Source: Candidatus Hydrogenedens sp. (GTDB lineage: Bacteria; Hydrogenedentota; Hydrogenedentia; Hydrogenedentales; Hydrogenedentaceae). Taken from it: DNA of 64,000 nucleotides. The notes beneath the pieces were generated by a model, which saw only the letters and a program-made list of their open reading frames with translations, was not told the origin of the DNA and did not search any database. The stretch lies in the NCBI GenBank assembly GCA_049968235.1, contig JBMFRC010000001.1:320001-384000 (forward strand). The letters run 5' to 3'. Shown one piece after another: positions 1 through 10,226 of the stretch. The stretch's first letter is position 1, and each line of letters begins with the position of its first letter. The position numbers and the translations under genes were made by a program.

Positions 1-852
1 TTTCCCATCTCGCGTTCCTTTGTATGAAATTACACAATACCCTTTATTGATACCTTTTCCATTCAGGACAAAGACATATCCCGTTTTACCTATTACAATA
101 TCCATAATCGCTTTTCGCAAAGCAGTGGTACTCTCCTGCGGAATACCCGCATATAACATTCCAATAACTTTTCCTCCTGAATCACATATAGGGTCATACG
201 CCGTTATATACCAGCGGTCAACAACAAAAGCAAGTCCTTTATACCTTTCTCCTTTTAATACTGTGTTTACCTCTGCATTGGGATTACCATCCGGCTCTTT
301 TGCAGGAATATAAGTCCCTATTGCCCGGTACCCCTCTTTCGTTAACACATTGGTACATACCCTTAACATATCTCCTGCATCATTCATTCGTTGAAAAATA
401 GTGCAAGTTACATTCTGCAAGTTTTTCACTTCATCTACAATAGGGGAAGGAATTTTAGGGTCTTTATTCGGCTCTATGATTTTGTCCCCTATCTTCATTA
501 ATGGTAATACTACACTTTGTTTTTCCTTCGTAATTTGATTTGTCCCTTCCCATGTTGAAAGAGAATCTGTATTAATTTTTACACCTCCGGACATCTCCAC
601 CAACTTATGAGCAACATCCAAACTCTTACCCACATAACTTTCCAAAACTTCCTGTTGACTTTCACAGAGACTATATACTCCCTCTGTAATATGCTTTAAA
701 TCCGAATTAGCAAGTCTCTCTGTTTCAGTTAAAACGGAATCCAGAACCTTATTGTTCTGAAAATAAACACTTAAAAAAATGATTAATGCAGGCAGTACAG
801 TAAAAACGGCACCTAAAATTAACAGCTTTAAAGTAAGAGATAAATTCATCAT
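1..852 (-). CDS. Cache-domain sensor protein, N-terminal part (methyl-accepting chemotaxis protein or sensor kinase); 3' end runs off the window
   Basis: Minus-strand reading frame open from ATGATG at 847-852 to the window edge. GGAG RBS upstream. N-terminal TM helix (LKLLILGAVFTVLPALIIF), then a periplasmic Cache-like fold including GYVFVLNGKG. Not in the ORF table because it has no stop inside the window. Confidence 0.6.
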   Translation of the reverse strand, partial: MMNLSLTLKLLILGAVFTVLPALIIFLSVYFQNNKVLDSVLTETERLANSDLKHITEGVYSLCESQQEVLESYVGKSLDVAHKLVEMSGGVKINTDSLSTWEGTNQITKEKQSVVLPLMKIGDKIIEPNKDPKIPSPIVDEVKNLQNVTCTIFQRMNDAGDMLRVCTNVLTKEGYRAIGTYIPAKEPDGNPNAEVNTVLKGERYKGLAFVVDRWYITAYDPICDSGGKVIGMLYAGIPQESTTALRKAIMDIVIGKTGYVFVLNGKGINKGYCVISYKGTRDGK

Positions 853-1180
853 CCTCTCCCTTGTAACTCACTATTACTATTTGTTTTAATTTTATTATTA
901 CATAACAACGAATAGAAAAGAAACTTTTCACAAAAGAAAATAAACAAATTTTATACTGGATATTTCTAAGACTATTCAGAATAGGGTTGTCTCATTTCCA
1001 AAAAGATATATTTACTAATCTATAAAGATATTGTTTTTTATTATTTTTTGAGTAATAATATATGGGCAATTTGATTTTATATATATGATAGGAGTATGCT
1101 TTTCCTCAATTGGGCTGTTTTCAGAAAGTTTGAGACTCCCCATCGAAACTCGAAAAATCACAATTTAAAGGAGACAAAAC

Positions 1181-1948
1181 ATGTCAGTTCTTAATGGTAA
1201 AATGATTCTTATAACATCTTGCTTATTGATATCCGCTCTTTTGCTTTTTATAACCCCTGTAAGAGGGCAGGATACAGCAGAGAAACCAACGTTTGAAAAT
1301 GATGTGGATAAATTATGCTATACCTTAGGTGTAAATGTGGCGAAGACTTTTCAAATGCTAAATACAAAACCTAATTTAGATGTGTTAAACAAAGCCATTA
1401 ATGATGTTCTGGAAAATAAAACTCTGGCTATGACAGACGAGGAAATGCAGAATTGCATCCGTAGTTTCCAGCAGAACCTTATGGAAGCACAGATGAAAAA
1501 GCGAGAAGAAGATGCCGTAAAAAATGAAGCAGAAGCGAAGAAATTCCTTGAAGAAAACAAAACGAAAGAAGGTGTTGTTACACTTCCCAGCGGTTTGCAA
1601 TATAAAGTATTGAAAGAAGGGAACGGTCCTAAACCGAAAGAAACGGACAGTGTAACTGTTCATTATAAAGGCACTCTTTTAGATGGAACAAAATTTGATA
1701 GTTCTTACGACCGAGGGGAACCCGTAACATTCCCATTAAATCGTGTTATTAAAGGCTGGACAGAAGCCCTACAACTCATGCCTGTTGGTTCCAAATGGCA
1801 ACTTTTCATTCCTCCCGACCTTGCCTATGGCAAAGATGGTAATCAACGCATTCCACCGAATGCTCTACTTCAGTTTGAAGTTGAATTAATTGAAATTAAA
1901 CCTCCAGAGCAAGAAAACAACAACACGGTCCAACTTCCCAATCAATAA
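1181..1948 (+). CDS. fkpA: FKBP-type peptidyl-prolyl cis-trans isomerase, FkpA/Mip-like (signal peptide, N-terminal helical dimerisation region, C-terminal FKBP domain)
   Basis: AGGAG RBS. Signal peptide. FKBP core VTVHYKGTLLDGTKFDSSYDRGEPVTFPLNRVIKGWTEALQLMPVGSKWQLFIPPDLAYG. Confidence 0.9.
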   Translation: MSVLNGKMILITSCLLISALLLFITPVRGQDTAEKPTFENDVDKLCYTLGVNVAKTFQMLNTKPNLDVLNKAINDVLENKTLAMTDEEMQNCIRSFQQNLMEAQMKKREEDAVKNEAEAKKFLEENKTKEGVVTLPSGLQYKVLKEGNGPKPKETDSVTVHYKGTLLDGTKFDSSYDRGEPVTFPLNRVIKGWTEALQLMPVGSKWQLFIPPDLAYGKDGNQRIPPNALLQFEVELIEIKPPEQENNNTVQLPNQ

Positions 1949-1981
1949 ATAAAAAACATCGAAGAATAGAGAGTATATTAT

Positions 1982-2014
1982 CCCCCATACTTCTTCATAT
2001 GGGGGATTTTATTT
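1982..2014 (+). terminator. Rho-independent terminator after fkpA
   Basis: Perfect 8-bp GC-rich stem cccccata/tatggggg with an 8-nt loop, followed by ATTTTATTT. Confidence 0.6.
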
Positions 2015-2177
2015 GAGGTTGAGTAACAAATATTAACAAAGAGTAATTGTCTGGTATCGACAAAATGTAATTTGATGGAATAAAAGATGGTCTGTATCTA
2101 TTTCAACTTACAGAATGGGAATTAAGTAAAAACCATTCTTTCCATATTTTTTATTCGTTTGTGATTGCTTATAAATG

Positions 2178-3338
2178 TTACCCAAATACCTGTCGCATGC
2201 GGTCACAATAATAACAAATGTTATCCCATTTTGCATCAGGAGGAATGCGATGGTCTGGACAAGGGATAAAACCACCCAAATCTACCAGAGGTTTTAGTCG
2301 TTCTATCTCACGGTCAACAGCATCTTTATCGTAAAGGAATACTACTTTGTTCATTCCTCCGACGCCGCGTAAACCTTTGCCATATTTCTCTCTCCATGGA
2401 GCAATGCTTGCGTTCCATGTGCCGACCTCTATTGGAAACATGGTATTCACACCATTACGGAACCATGTTGGAATAAGGGCATCAATACAGCCATCACAAT
2501 CCAGTGAAACAATATCCAGACCATAACTGCTACATAATTCTGTAATTCTTTTATAATGAGGTCCAACCAATTCATCAAATACAGAAGGAATTACCAGCGG
2601 TCCGTTCTTAAAGCAGATGTCCTCCCAGAAATGAGCGAAATCGTATCGGGCTCCGTTCTGTAAGGCTCGTTTTGTATTCTGATAGCAAAGTTCTCCATAA
2701 GTATTAATCATCTCCTTAAACAAATCCGGGTCATCGGCATAAATATAACTTAATCCTACTACACCGGTAATATTTCGTAACGAACCTAATAAACTTCCAC
2801 AATGCAATCCATAAAGATAATCCCGTTCATTTTTTTTGAGAAATTCCTCTCCTCCTTCTCCAAAAGGTATCATTTTATCATTGACACGAACCGGCGTTTT
2901 CAGTATCCTGTCTTCATTATATTGAAGTCTTGGCAAATAATACTCTTCCCAATCCTTTCGTGCTTTCAATAGGTGGTCAAACTCTGCTGGAATAGAAACA
3001 GCCCCCGGTTTTTCAAGGACAATAACACCATCTTCGCTTTGAATCTTTCTTGAACCATCCGGCAATTCTTCAATAGTTTTTCGCTCAAATAATGGTGCTA
3101 AATGGGCATTAGGTTTAAATACTGAATAATAATTGAAATCAAAACCTAACTTTTCACTTATTACTGCATCCACAGGATTTCCATCCACCCATTCTTTCGC
3201 TTCTTCCTTTGTAATATATCCTTCTTCTGCCCATTTTGTTAATGTCTCATTCCAAAAACCAAAATGAACTATCGGTAAACGGTCATACAGTTCATATCTC
3301 AAAACCGCAAGTGTTCTTTCCCTATGTGTCATTAACAT
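2178..3338 (-). CDS. Uroporphyrinogen decarboxylase (URO-D) family protein (MtaA/CmuA-like fold; function unknown)
   Basis: 386-aa ORF. Its N-terminus MTHRERTLAVL..DRLPI and overall length/composition are typical of URO-D-like family proteins. Assignment is by recollection only, not a search. Confidence 0.5.
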   Translation of the reverse strand: MLMTHRERTLAVLRYELYDRLPIVHFGFWNETLTKWAEEGYITKEEAKEWVDGNPVDAVISEKLGFDFNYYSVFKPNAHLAPLFERKTIEELPDGSRKIQSEDGVIVLEKPGAVSIPAEFDHLLKARKDWEEYYLPRLQYNEDRILKTPVRVNDKMIPFGEGGEEFLKKNERDYLYGLHCGSLLGSLRNITGVVGLSYIYADDPDLFKEMINTYGELCYQNTKRALQNGARYDFAHFWEDICFKNGPLVIPSVFDELVGPHYKRITELCSSYGLDIVSLDCDGCIDALIPTWFRNGVNTMFPIEVGTWNASIAPWREKYGKGLRGVGGMNKVVFLYDKDAVDREIERLKPLVDLGGFIPCPDHRIPPDAKWDNICYYCDRMRQVFG

Positions 3339-3592
3339 GCTCCTTATTCGGTTTAATTTTTTTCTTATCCATAATTATATATTACTCCCTAAATGAAAAA
3401 TGCAAAAATGAATAGAATGATTTTGTTCTTATGCATCATGGCAAAATATCCGGATGACTTATATTTTTTTCTTGCAACGAGTGCATAATTCGTAGTAACA
3501 TTATATATGCTGAATTTATTGTTTTATGCGGTGTTTTATTAACGATTTCCTTATGTTATCCTATTTCGGTTCATAGAAAAGGTTTTCTTTTT

Positions 3593-4624
3593 TTGAAAAA
3601 AAAGTTTTTATCTGAAATAATTATTTGTTTTTGTTTTTTACTCTTATCTCTTTCTACATATGGAGATGCATTAAAGTCTGTAACTATCCGTTTTCCTGCT
3701 ATGGGAACGGAGTTTGTATTTATTATCTATCCCCCCTCCGAAGGCATGCTTGAAGAAGATATCCGCAATTTATGTGAACCTGCTATAAATGCTGTTTATA
3801 ATCTTGAGAAGCATATCAGTCATTACTTACCTGATAATGACCTTGCACGGTTAAACCAATCGGCAGGTTCAGGTATGCTTAAAGTAAACAGTGACCTTTT
3901 TGAGGTTATCCGCTGGTCTAAACGATATTGGGAACGCACAGGTGGTGCCTTTGACCCGAGTGTGGGTCCTTTGCTGGACCTATGGGGATTTTATAGAAAA
4001 AATCGAGAGGACCTTCCTTCGGATAAAGAAATTTCTGAAGCATTAAAGAAAGTAGGTATGGATAAAGTAATTATAAATGGAGACGAACAATCTGTTGGAC
4101 TAACAGTTCCCGGGATGCGTCTTGATTTTGGCGGAATAGGAAAAGGATTGGCATTAGACCGAGCAAAAACGATATTAAAAGGACAGGGAATACAATCGGG
4201 CATATTGCATTCCGGAACAAGTTCGATTGTAGCCATTGGGACACCCCCCAACCAGACAGGTTGGAAAATAGGTATCCGTTCGCCTTATAATAAAAGTGAA
4301 ACGATTGAAGAATTTATAATTAATGATGAATCACTTTCTACATCTTCCGTTTCTGAACAGTTTTTGGAACGAAAAGGCAAAAAGTTTGGTCATATATTTA
4401 ACCCGAAAACAGGTTACCCTGTAGATAATAGTATTGTGAGTGCCACAGTTATTTGCAAAACTGCAGTTGAAAGTGATGCTTTAAGCACATCGTTTTTTGT
4501 ACTTGGTATTGATAAAACACAGGAATATTGTAAAAAATTTCAGGATGTGAAAGTTTTTCTGGTATCCGAAAGTAATAAAAAATTAGATAAACAATACATA
4601 AACCTTAAACAAAGCGAGGAATAG
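3593..4624 (+). CDS. apbE: FAD:protein FMN transferase (ApbE family), secreted/lipoprotein
   Basis: Signal peptide. ApbE hallmark DFGGIGKGLALDRA. TTG start per ORF table. First gene of a tight operon, 3-nt gap to the next gene. Confidence 0.85.
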   Translation: MKKKFLSEIIICFCFLLLSLSTYGDALKSVTIRFPAMGTEFVFIIYPPSEGMLEEDIRNLCEPAINAVYNLEKHISHYLPDNDLARLNQSAGSGMLKVNSDLFEVIRWSKRYWERTGGAFDPSVGPLLDLWGFYRKNREDLPSDKEISEALKKVGMDKVIINGDEQSVGLTVPGMRLDFGGIGKGLALDRAKTILKGQGIQSGILHSGTSSIVAIGTPPNQTGWKIGIRSPYNKSETIEEFIINDESLSTSSVSEQFLERKGKKFGHIFNPKTGYPVDNSIVSATVICKTAVESDALSTSFFVLGIDKTQEYCKKFQDVKVFLVSESNKKLDKQYINLKQSEE

Positions 4625-4626
4625 CC

Positions 4627-6084
4627 ATGAAATCCAATGTCTCTCGTAGAAATTTTATCAAAACAGCAAGCACTGCCACAGGACTTATGGTAATGGCAGG
4701 AAAAGCCCCATTCTCCTATGCACTCAACGACAAAGTAAAGGTCGGTTGTGTGGGTTGTGGAGGACAGGGAAGTTTTCATATTAAAGATGGATTGATGGGT
4801 ACTTCTGATATTGTCATCACTGCGGTATGTGATGCGTATGGTCCCCATCAACGGTTAGCGGTGCAATTAGCCCAGATTTCAAATGCAGGTATTGCCCTTG
4901 AACCCGGACAGGGTCTAACCGAAGAACAACGGCAAAAGGCTCTGGCTGCATTCAAACCGAAGAGTTATTATGATTACCGTGAAATGTTAGAAAAAGAAGA
5001 ACTGGATGCAGTTGTAATTTCCACGCCACTCCATACACACTATCAAATAACTATGGATAGTTTGAGTGCCGGTAAATATGTCTTTTGTGAAAAGACTATG
5101 TGCTATGAGATTGAACAAGCACGAGACATCGTAAAGAAATGTCACGAAACAGGTAAATGGGTTCAGGTAGGACATCAACGGAGATACAATCCTTTATATA
5201 ACAAAGCCTTGATGATGATTTGGGAGGAGGGGACTATTGGTCGTATTGTTCATATTGATGCTCAATGGCACCGCAATAATGATTGGCGACGTCCGATTAA
5301 CAAAGACCATAAACTCAACTCTCAAGAAGCACGCTTCATTAAAGATTTAGAGCGATATATGAACTGGCGATTGTATAAAGAATCCTCCCGAGGCTTATTA
5401 ACAGAATTAGCAACGCACCAATTGGACATTGTTGCATGGTTCCTCGATGCTATGCCCAAACGGGTTCATGGTTGCGGTAGTCTGGATTACTGGAGAGACG
5501 GACGCGAAATTCACGATAGCATTAATATGATTTATGAATTTGATATAACCCCTGAAAATCGTGGCTACCGTGCTATTAATGCTCGCAGTAGTTATCAGGA
5601 TAAAAAGGCAATCAATCAACCTTACACAGTTCAATTAGCCTATTCCAGTATCACTGCTAATGCAAAGAAAGGATGTAATGAATTAATACAAGGTGATGAA
5701 GGGACTATTGAATTGAGTGAAGAGGGCGGAAGTTTCTATCCGGAAGCAACATCCAAAGTTTCCTGGGGCGAGTCCGGTAGTGCAGAACAAACCGCAACAG
5801 TCATCACTTCTGGTGGAACCTTAAAACTGAGTAATAAAGCCCTTCAAGAAGGCAAACCGATTGTTGTAGATAATACGCGTTCTGTTGACCAACTTCAATT
5901 TATGCGTTTTGCAAAAGATATTAAAGAAGGTGGCATTCCAAAGGCGAATCAGATGGTCGGATTACGTGCTACAATTATGGCTCTTGCAGGTTATCAGGCC
6001 ATAGAGGAAAAACGCATGGTTGAAATAGACCCGGCTCTCTACACCTTTGACTTCCCGACTCCCGACCCATCAACGGTTAGTTAA
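4627..6084 (+). CDS. Gfo/Idh/MocA family oxidoreductase with twin-arginine (TAT) signal peptide (periplasmic dehydrogenase)
   Basis: SRRNFIKTAS TAT motif. Rossmann motif KVGCVGCGGQGSFH. 485 aa. Confidence 0.85.
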   Translation: MKSNVSRRNFIKTASTATGLMVMAGKAPFSYALNDKVKVGCVGCGGQGSFHIKDGLMGTSDIVITAVCDAYGPHQRLAVQLAQISNAGIALEPGQGLTEEQRQKALAAFKPKSYYDYREMLEKEELDAVVISTPLHTHYQITMDSLSAGKYVFCEKTMCYEIEQARDIVKKCHETGKWVQVGHQRRYNPLYNKALMMIWEEGTIGRIVHIDAQWHRNNDWRRPINKDHKLNSQEARFIKDLERYMNWRLYKESSRGLLTELATHQLDIVAWFLDAMPKRVHGCGSLDYWRDGREIHDSINMIYEFDITPENRGYRAINARSSYQDKKAINQPYTVQLAYSSITANAKKGCNELIQGDEGTIELSEEGGSFYPEATSKVSWGESGSAEQTATVITSGGTLKLSNKALQEGKPIVVDNTRSVDQLQFMRFAKDIKEGGIPKANQMVGLRATIMALAGYQAIEEKRMVEIDPALYTFDFPTPDPSTVS

Positions 6085-6154
6085 CATTTTCAATTTTTAT
6101 AGAACAGATTCATATAATAAAATTATAAACATATAAAAAAGAGAAAGTGATGCC

Positions 6155-9100
6155 ATGAGTAAATCGTGGAGAAGATGTATTTCATTATTAGTTTTCACTT
6201 TGGGTTTTCTGCCATTCCTTTCTATTTCAGCAAAGGAGACAACAGAACCATTACAAAACATTATAGAAAATTATGATAAATATATAGGCAGAGACCTTGT
6301 AATTAATAATCGTGCTCCCAACGCAAAAGTCATTCGCACACTACCTCTCTCATGCCCTCCTTTCCATTTAAGGGATAAAAATGGGGATATTATTGACCCG
6401 ACAAAAAATGCGGATGGGACACCCATTGACCCCAACCTGCCGGTTCAACAGCAAGGAATTCCCAGAGCGGTAAGCACAAAACAGACATGTGGAGCATGTC
6501 ATCCTTATGACAGGATTACTCATGGTTATCATTTTCAGATGGGTCGTGATGAACTTTATCCAGATACAGACCCGAGTAGTGGCGTTCCTAAAGATAAAAG
6601 TCCCGGGTTTTTCGGGAAATGGCTCTCTCTATATCAACGGGAATTGGTAGGAAAACATTTTGAAAATCCTGAACAGGTAGATATGACTCCTTTTGACTGG
6701 ATTGTAAATTGTGGAGTATGTCATCCCGGTGGTGGACCTGCTGAATATGACCGTTCCGGTAAAAATTATGCAACGGTGAAAAAAACAAGTCCATTAGCAG
6801 GTTCTTTTGGGGATGGAGATTACCACGAATCCCCATGGGAAAAAACAGGGGTTATTGAAGCGGATTGTTTCATTTGTCACCTTGAAGATTATGAATATTC
6901 CCTTCGTGCTCAACAGATAAAAAAATGGAACTTCGAATATGCAGCAACTGCGGGTGCTGGCTTTGGTTTCGTTTGGGGCTCAACCATTGATGGACAAGAG
7001 CCCAAAGTTTACTATAACAAAAGCCTTTTCCGTGCAGATGGAACAGTGCACCTACACATTCGCCGTCCAACAGACCGTCAATGTATGTTCTGCCATGATA
7101 TGTCCAGTGTTCAGAAACGTGGAATTTCATGGCACTCTCCATATATGCAGGATGTTCACACAGAACAAGGTCTGAAATGTATTGATTGCCACCATGGTGA
7201 TATCCGCCACAATTTTGCAAAAGGAGATTCTTCTATACAAACAGTTCGCGATGATTTGGATAATACAATTTTATCCTGTAAAAAATGTCATTACCAACAG
7301 GAAAAAGGCGCCCCGTACCCCGAACATAAAGGATTACCTCCTTTACATCTGGAACGGATAGATTGTACAGCGTGCCATATAACGCATCGTCCATTCTTGC
7401 CTGTATCTATTATTGACCCATTAACAGGCAAAGCCATAACTTTACCGGAAATCCAGGATATGAATTATTGGGGAGCCTTTGAATTCGGCGGTTTTTGGGG
7501 TTGGTCGCGAAGTAGAGACGATGCAAATCTTATATTTCCTTATACCGAAGACCAATTAAAGCAGGCTAAGGAATATATTATTTCTAATGAAGACAATATT
7601 CGCAAAATGTTCAAAGAAGCATTTTTGACAGACCTGCCCGAAGGGAATATTAAAGTCGCCGATTTCATCCAGCAAAAACAGGGACTTGAAAATTCAGAAG
7701 CCCGTGGATTAATGCTGATTACATTATCCCAATTAGTCCGTCCTGCAAAAGAAGCATTCCCGGTTGTTGTTTTCCGAAATCAAGCATACTCCTACGATGC
7801 CGGGCAAATACGGGAATTAAAAACAACACCACAACCGAAACGACCCGGTGCTACTATTATCGAATCTTCTTTTGATTTAGGTAGAAGTAAACCTGATGGA
7901 AAAATCTATGCTCAGAATACTCAGGTTTCCGCATATTGGGTTTATACTGATGGGGAGGAGGTTCGTCCTGTATTGCTTAAAGACATGAAGAAGGCTTACG
8001 ACTGGTTAACATCACAAGAATATAGTTTCTCTCTTTATTCCGCACAGCCTCAGAATGGACAGACTTCTCCTGCACTTCCGGAAAATCCATTCAAACAGGC
8101 ACAACAGACAACTACAACCTCATCGGAAAATACCGGAGCATTACAATCGCAAACATCTCCTCCCTCAGATACAGCAGAACGTAAAAAGACAGCGGAAGAA
8201 GTTCGTCAAATAGCAGAGATGGAAGAAAACCTAAAATCTGCTATACAGAAAAAAATAAAGGTATATTCCACATCGGACACTCGACCATTAAAAATTTATG
8301 ACGATAACAATGATACCTTCCCCGAAGTAAATTCTCAGGAAGAAATCGGCTTGTTCGCATGGGCACTTAAACAGACTGTTCCATCGCTACGCGAAAAAGA
8401 TTTATATTACTTGAGAGGAACCACTGTTTTTCGTGTTAGTGTTAAAGGCGGAGAAAATCCTTATGACCGTGAGTTTTTAGATATGGACCGTATTGGTGAG
8501 AATAAACCTTTCATAGCCATTACGAGATACGAACAGAAAGAAGAATCCGGTGAATATAGTTGGGACAAACCGAAACAAGTTTGGAAACCTGTCGAAATAC
8601 GACTTTGTTCGCCGTATGAAGCAGAGATTGTGCAAGTTGACCCGAAGGCATATCCATCTATTATCGCTATGGCAAAACCATTAGAATGGACTGTCTCTCA
8701 TGGTGTAGAACCTGCAAGCCGTGCATACGGTGCTAAAGGTTGTACAGAGTGCCATTCAGAAAATTCTTCATTCTTCATGGGTAGTATGCTCGTAGACCCA
8801 TTTTCTGAAAACGGGACGCCCAAATATGTTCCCCTATGGCATATCTTGGGCTACGATATTTCCAACTTGAAAATAGGAGCATGGCGCGAAGGTGTATTGA
8901 AAAAATATGCCCCATGGATTGTGCTCATACAATTATTACTCATTCTTGTACACTATGTCCTTATCGGGAGAAAAGAAGGAACACCTGTTGGGAAACCTAA
9001 TGTCCTTCGTTTCCGTTTTTATGAACGAATAGCCCATGCGATTGCCATGATTAGTGTTACATTCCTGGCTATTACGGGTTTCTTCTTCCTTATGGGTCAA

Positions 9101-9601
9101 CATGACCCCTTAGGACCCTGGGCAAGGGTGTGGCATACATGGTTTGGTTATGTCGCATGTGCGGGTGTTGTATTTATCTTCTTATCCTGGGTAGCCTTCA
9201 TGTTCCCTGCTAAAGGGGATTTCCGTTGGTTATTGAAAGCAGGCGGTTATTTAGGTGGTGTTAAAGGACATGTTCCAGCGGGCAAATTTAATGCCGGGCA
9301 AAAAATCCTATTCTGGTTAGCAATACTTGCATCAGGGACCTGTGGAATAACAGGTGTTGTTATGGGACTTAATCGTGGTTTTCACTTCCCAAATCAAGAA
9401 ATATTCTATACGATACACGATATATCTGCACTGGTTATGATTCTGGTACTCATTGCTCATATTTATTTAGCCGCCTTTGTTGTCCCTCACAGTTTGCGGG
9501 CTATTTTCGGAGGAAAGGTAAGCGATATATGGGCAAAAGAACACCATTCACTCTGGGCTTTTACAGTAATTGATGAAAAAAACAATTCATCTGAACATTA
9601 A
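6155..9601 (+). CDS. Octaheme c-type cytochrome fused to a C-terminal dihaem cytochrome b (Ni/Fe-hydrogenase/FdnI-type cyt b) membrane domain; CbcL-like quinone-interacting electron conduit
   Basis: Signal peptide. Eight CxxCH motifs (CGACH, CGVCH, CFICH, CMFCH, CIDCH, CKKCH, CTACH, CTECH). S/T/Q-rich linker. C-terminal ~260 aa has 5 TM helices with His in TM1 (AHAIAM), TM2 (WHTWF) and two in TM4 (IHDIS..AHIYL), the classic bis-haem b ligation pattern. Confidence 0.8.
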   Translation: MSKSWRRCISLLVFTLGFLPFLSISAKETTEPLQNIIENYDKYIGRDLVINNRAPNAKVIRTLPLSCPPFHLRDKNGDIIDPTKNADGTPIDPNLPVQQQGIPRAVSTKQTCGACHPYDRITHGYHFQMGRDELYPDTDPSSGVPKDKSPGFFGKWLSLYQRELVGKHFENPEQVDMTPFDWIVNCGVCHPGGGPAEYDRSGKNYATVKKTSPLAGSFGDGDYHESPWEKTGVIEADCFICHLEDYEYSLRAQQIKKWNFEYAATAGAGFGFVWGSTIDGQEPKVYYNKSLFRADGTVHLHIRRPTDRQCMFCHDMSSVQKRGISWHSPYMQDVHTEQGLKCIDCHHGDIRHNFAKGDSSIQTVRDDLDNTILSCKKCHYQQEKGAPYPEHKGLPPLHLERIDCTACHITHRPFLPVSIIDPLTGKAITLPEIQDMNYWGAFEFGGFWGWSRSRDDANLIFPYTEDQLKQAKEYIISNEDNIRKMFKEAFLTDLPEGNIKVADFIQQKQGLENSEARGLMLITLSQLVRPAKEAFPVVVFRNQAYSYDAGQIRELKTTPQPKRPGATIIESSFDLGRSKPDGKIYAQNTQVSAYWVYTDGEEVRPVLLKDMKKAYDWLTSQEYSFSLYSAQPQNGQTSPALPENPFKQAQQTTTTSSENTGALQSQTSPPSDTAERKKTAEEVRQIAEMEENLKSAIQKKIKVYSTSDTRPLKIYDDNNDTFPEVNSQEEIGLFAWALKQTVPSLREKDLYYLRGTTVFRVSVKGGENPYDREFLDMDRIGENKPFIAITRYEQKEESGEYSWDKPKQVWKPVEIRLCSPYEAEIVQVDPKAYPSIIAMAKPLEWTVSHGVEPASRAYGAKGCTECHSENSSFFMGSMLVDPFSENGTPKYVPLWHILGYDISNLKIGAWREGVLKKYAPWIVLIQLLLILVHYVLIGRKEGTPVGKPNVLRFRFYERIAHAIAMISVTFLAITGFFFLMGQHDPLGPWARVWHTWFGYVACAGVVFIFLSWVAFMFPAKGDFRWLLKAGGYLGGVKGHVPAGKFNAGQKILFWLAILASGTCGITGVVMGLNRGFHFPNQEIFYTIHDISALVMILVLIAHIYLAAFVVPHSLRAIFGGKVSDIWAKEHHSLWAFTVIDEKNNSSEH

Positions 9602-9659
9602 TTTCCTTTACAATTAAACGTTATAACACATTATTTATCATTAACATTGGGAGTATCTT

Positions 9660-10226
9660 ATGAAAATCCTGTCTTTATTGGGAAGCCCTAAAAAAAATGG
9701 GAACTCCGCACATGCATTGAACTATCTCGAAGAACAACTGAAACAACAGAACCATGAAATAAAACATATCCATGTCTCTTCCTTCCTTATTGAAGGGTGT
9801 AGGGAATGTTATTGGTGTAAACAGGAGGGGAATTTTTTGTGTTGCAATAACGATGATGCAATACCTATCTTAAAAGGAATGCTTGATTCAGATGCTATTA
9901 TCTTTTCTGCACCGACCTTTTGTTGGGGTTTTCCCGCACAAATGAAAGCCCTTTTCGACCGCATGTTCTGCCTGATTTCATGGAAAGAAGGAGATAGTGA
10001 AAATAAATCTTTGCTGAAAGGGAAAACTATGGCACTCATTGTAACTGCAGGGGGTGAAGTGAAAAATAATGCAGAACTTTTAGGAATTGCCTTCAACAAT
10101 ATGGCAGAATTTATGAATTGTAAATCTGCAGGGATAGTTTATATTGCCCCCTGCGAAGGTATTCATTCTATCAATGATAAGATAAAAAAACAATTAGACA
10201 ACTTAGCCCAAAATCTGAGTATCTAA
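9660..10226 (+). CDS. Flavodoxin-like fold NAD(P)H-dependent FMN reductase / iron-sulfur flavoprotein-like protein
   Basis: LLGSPKKNGNS N-terminus typical of the NADPH-dependent FMN reductase / multimeric flavodoxin fold. Cys cluster CRECYWC...CC. Last gene of the operon. Confidence 0.55.
   Translation: MKILSLLGSPKKNGNSAHALNYLEEQLKQQNHEIKHIHVSSFLIEGCRECYWCKQEGNFLCCNNDDAIPILKGMLDSDAIIFSAPTFCWGFPAQMKALFDRMFCLISWKEGDSENKSLLKGKTMALIVTAGGEVKNNAELLGIAFNNMAEFMNCKSAGIVYIAPCEGIHSINDKIKKQLDNLAQNLSI

Noticed and set aside
20-313. 97-aa + strand ORF at the window start
   Set aside because: Lies entirely antisense to the much longer, RBS-preceded minus-strand Cache-sensor reading frame (1-852) with recognisable domain content.
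6588-7220. Antisense ORFs inside the cytochrome gene (6588-6836, 6870-7220 minus; 6939-7175 plus)
   Set aside because: Embedded within a 1148-aa ORF whose CxxCH motifs and TM domain establish the coding frame.
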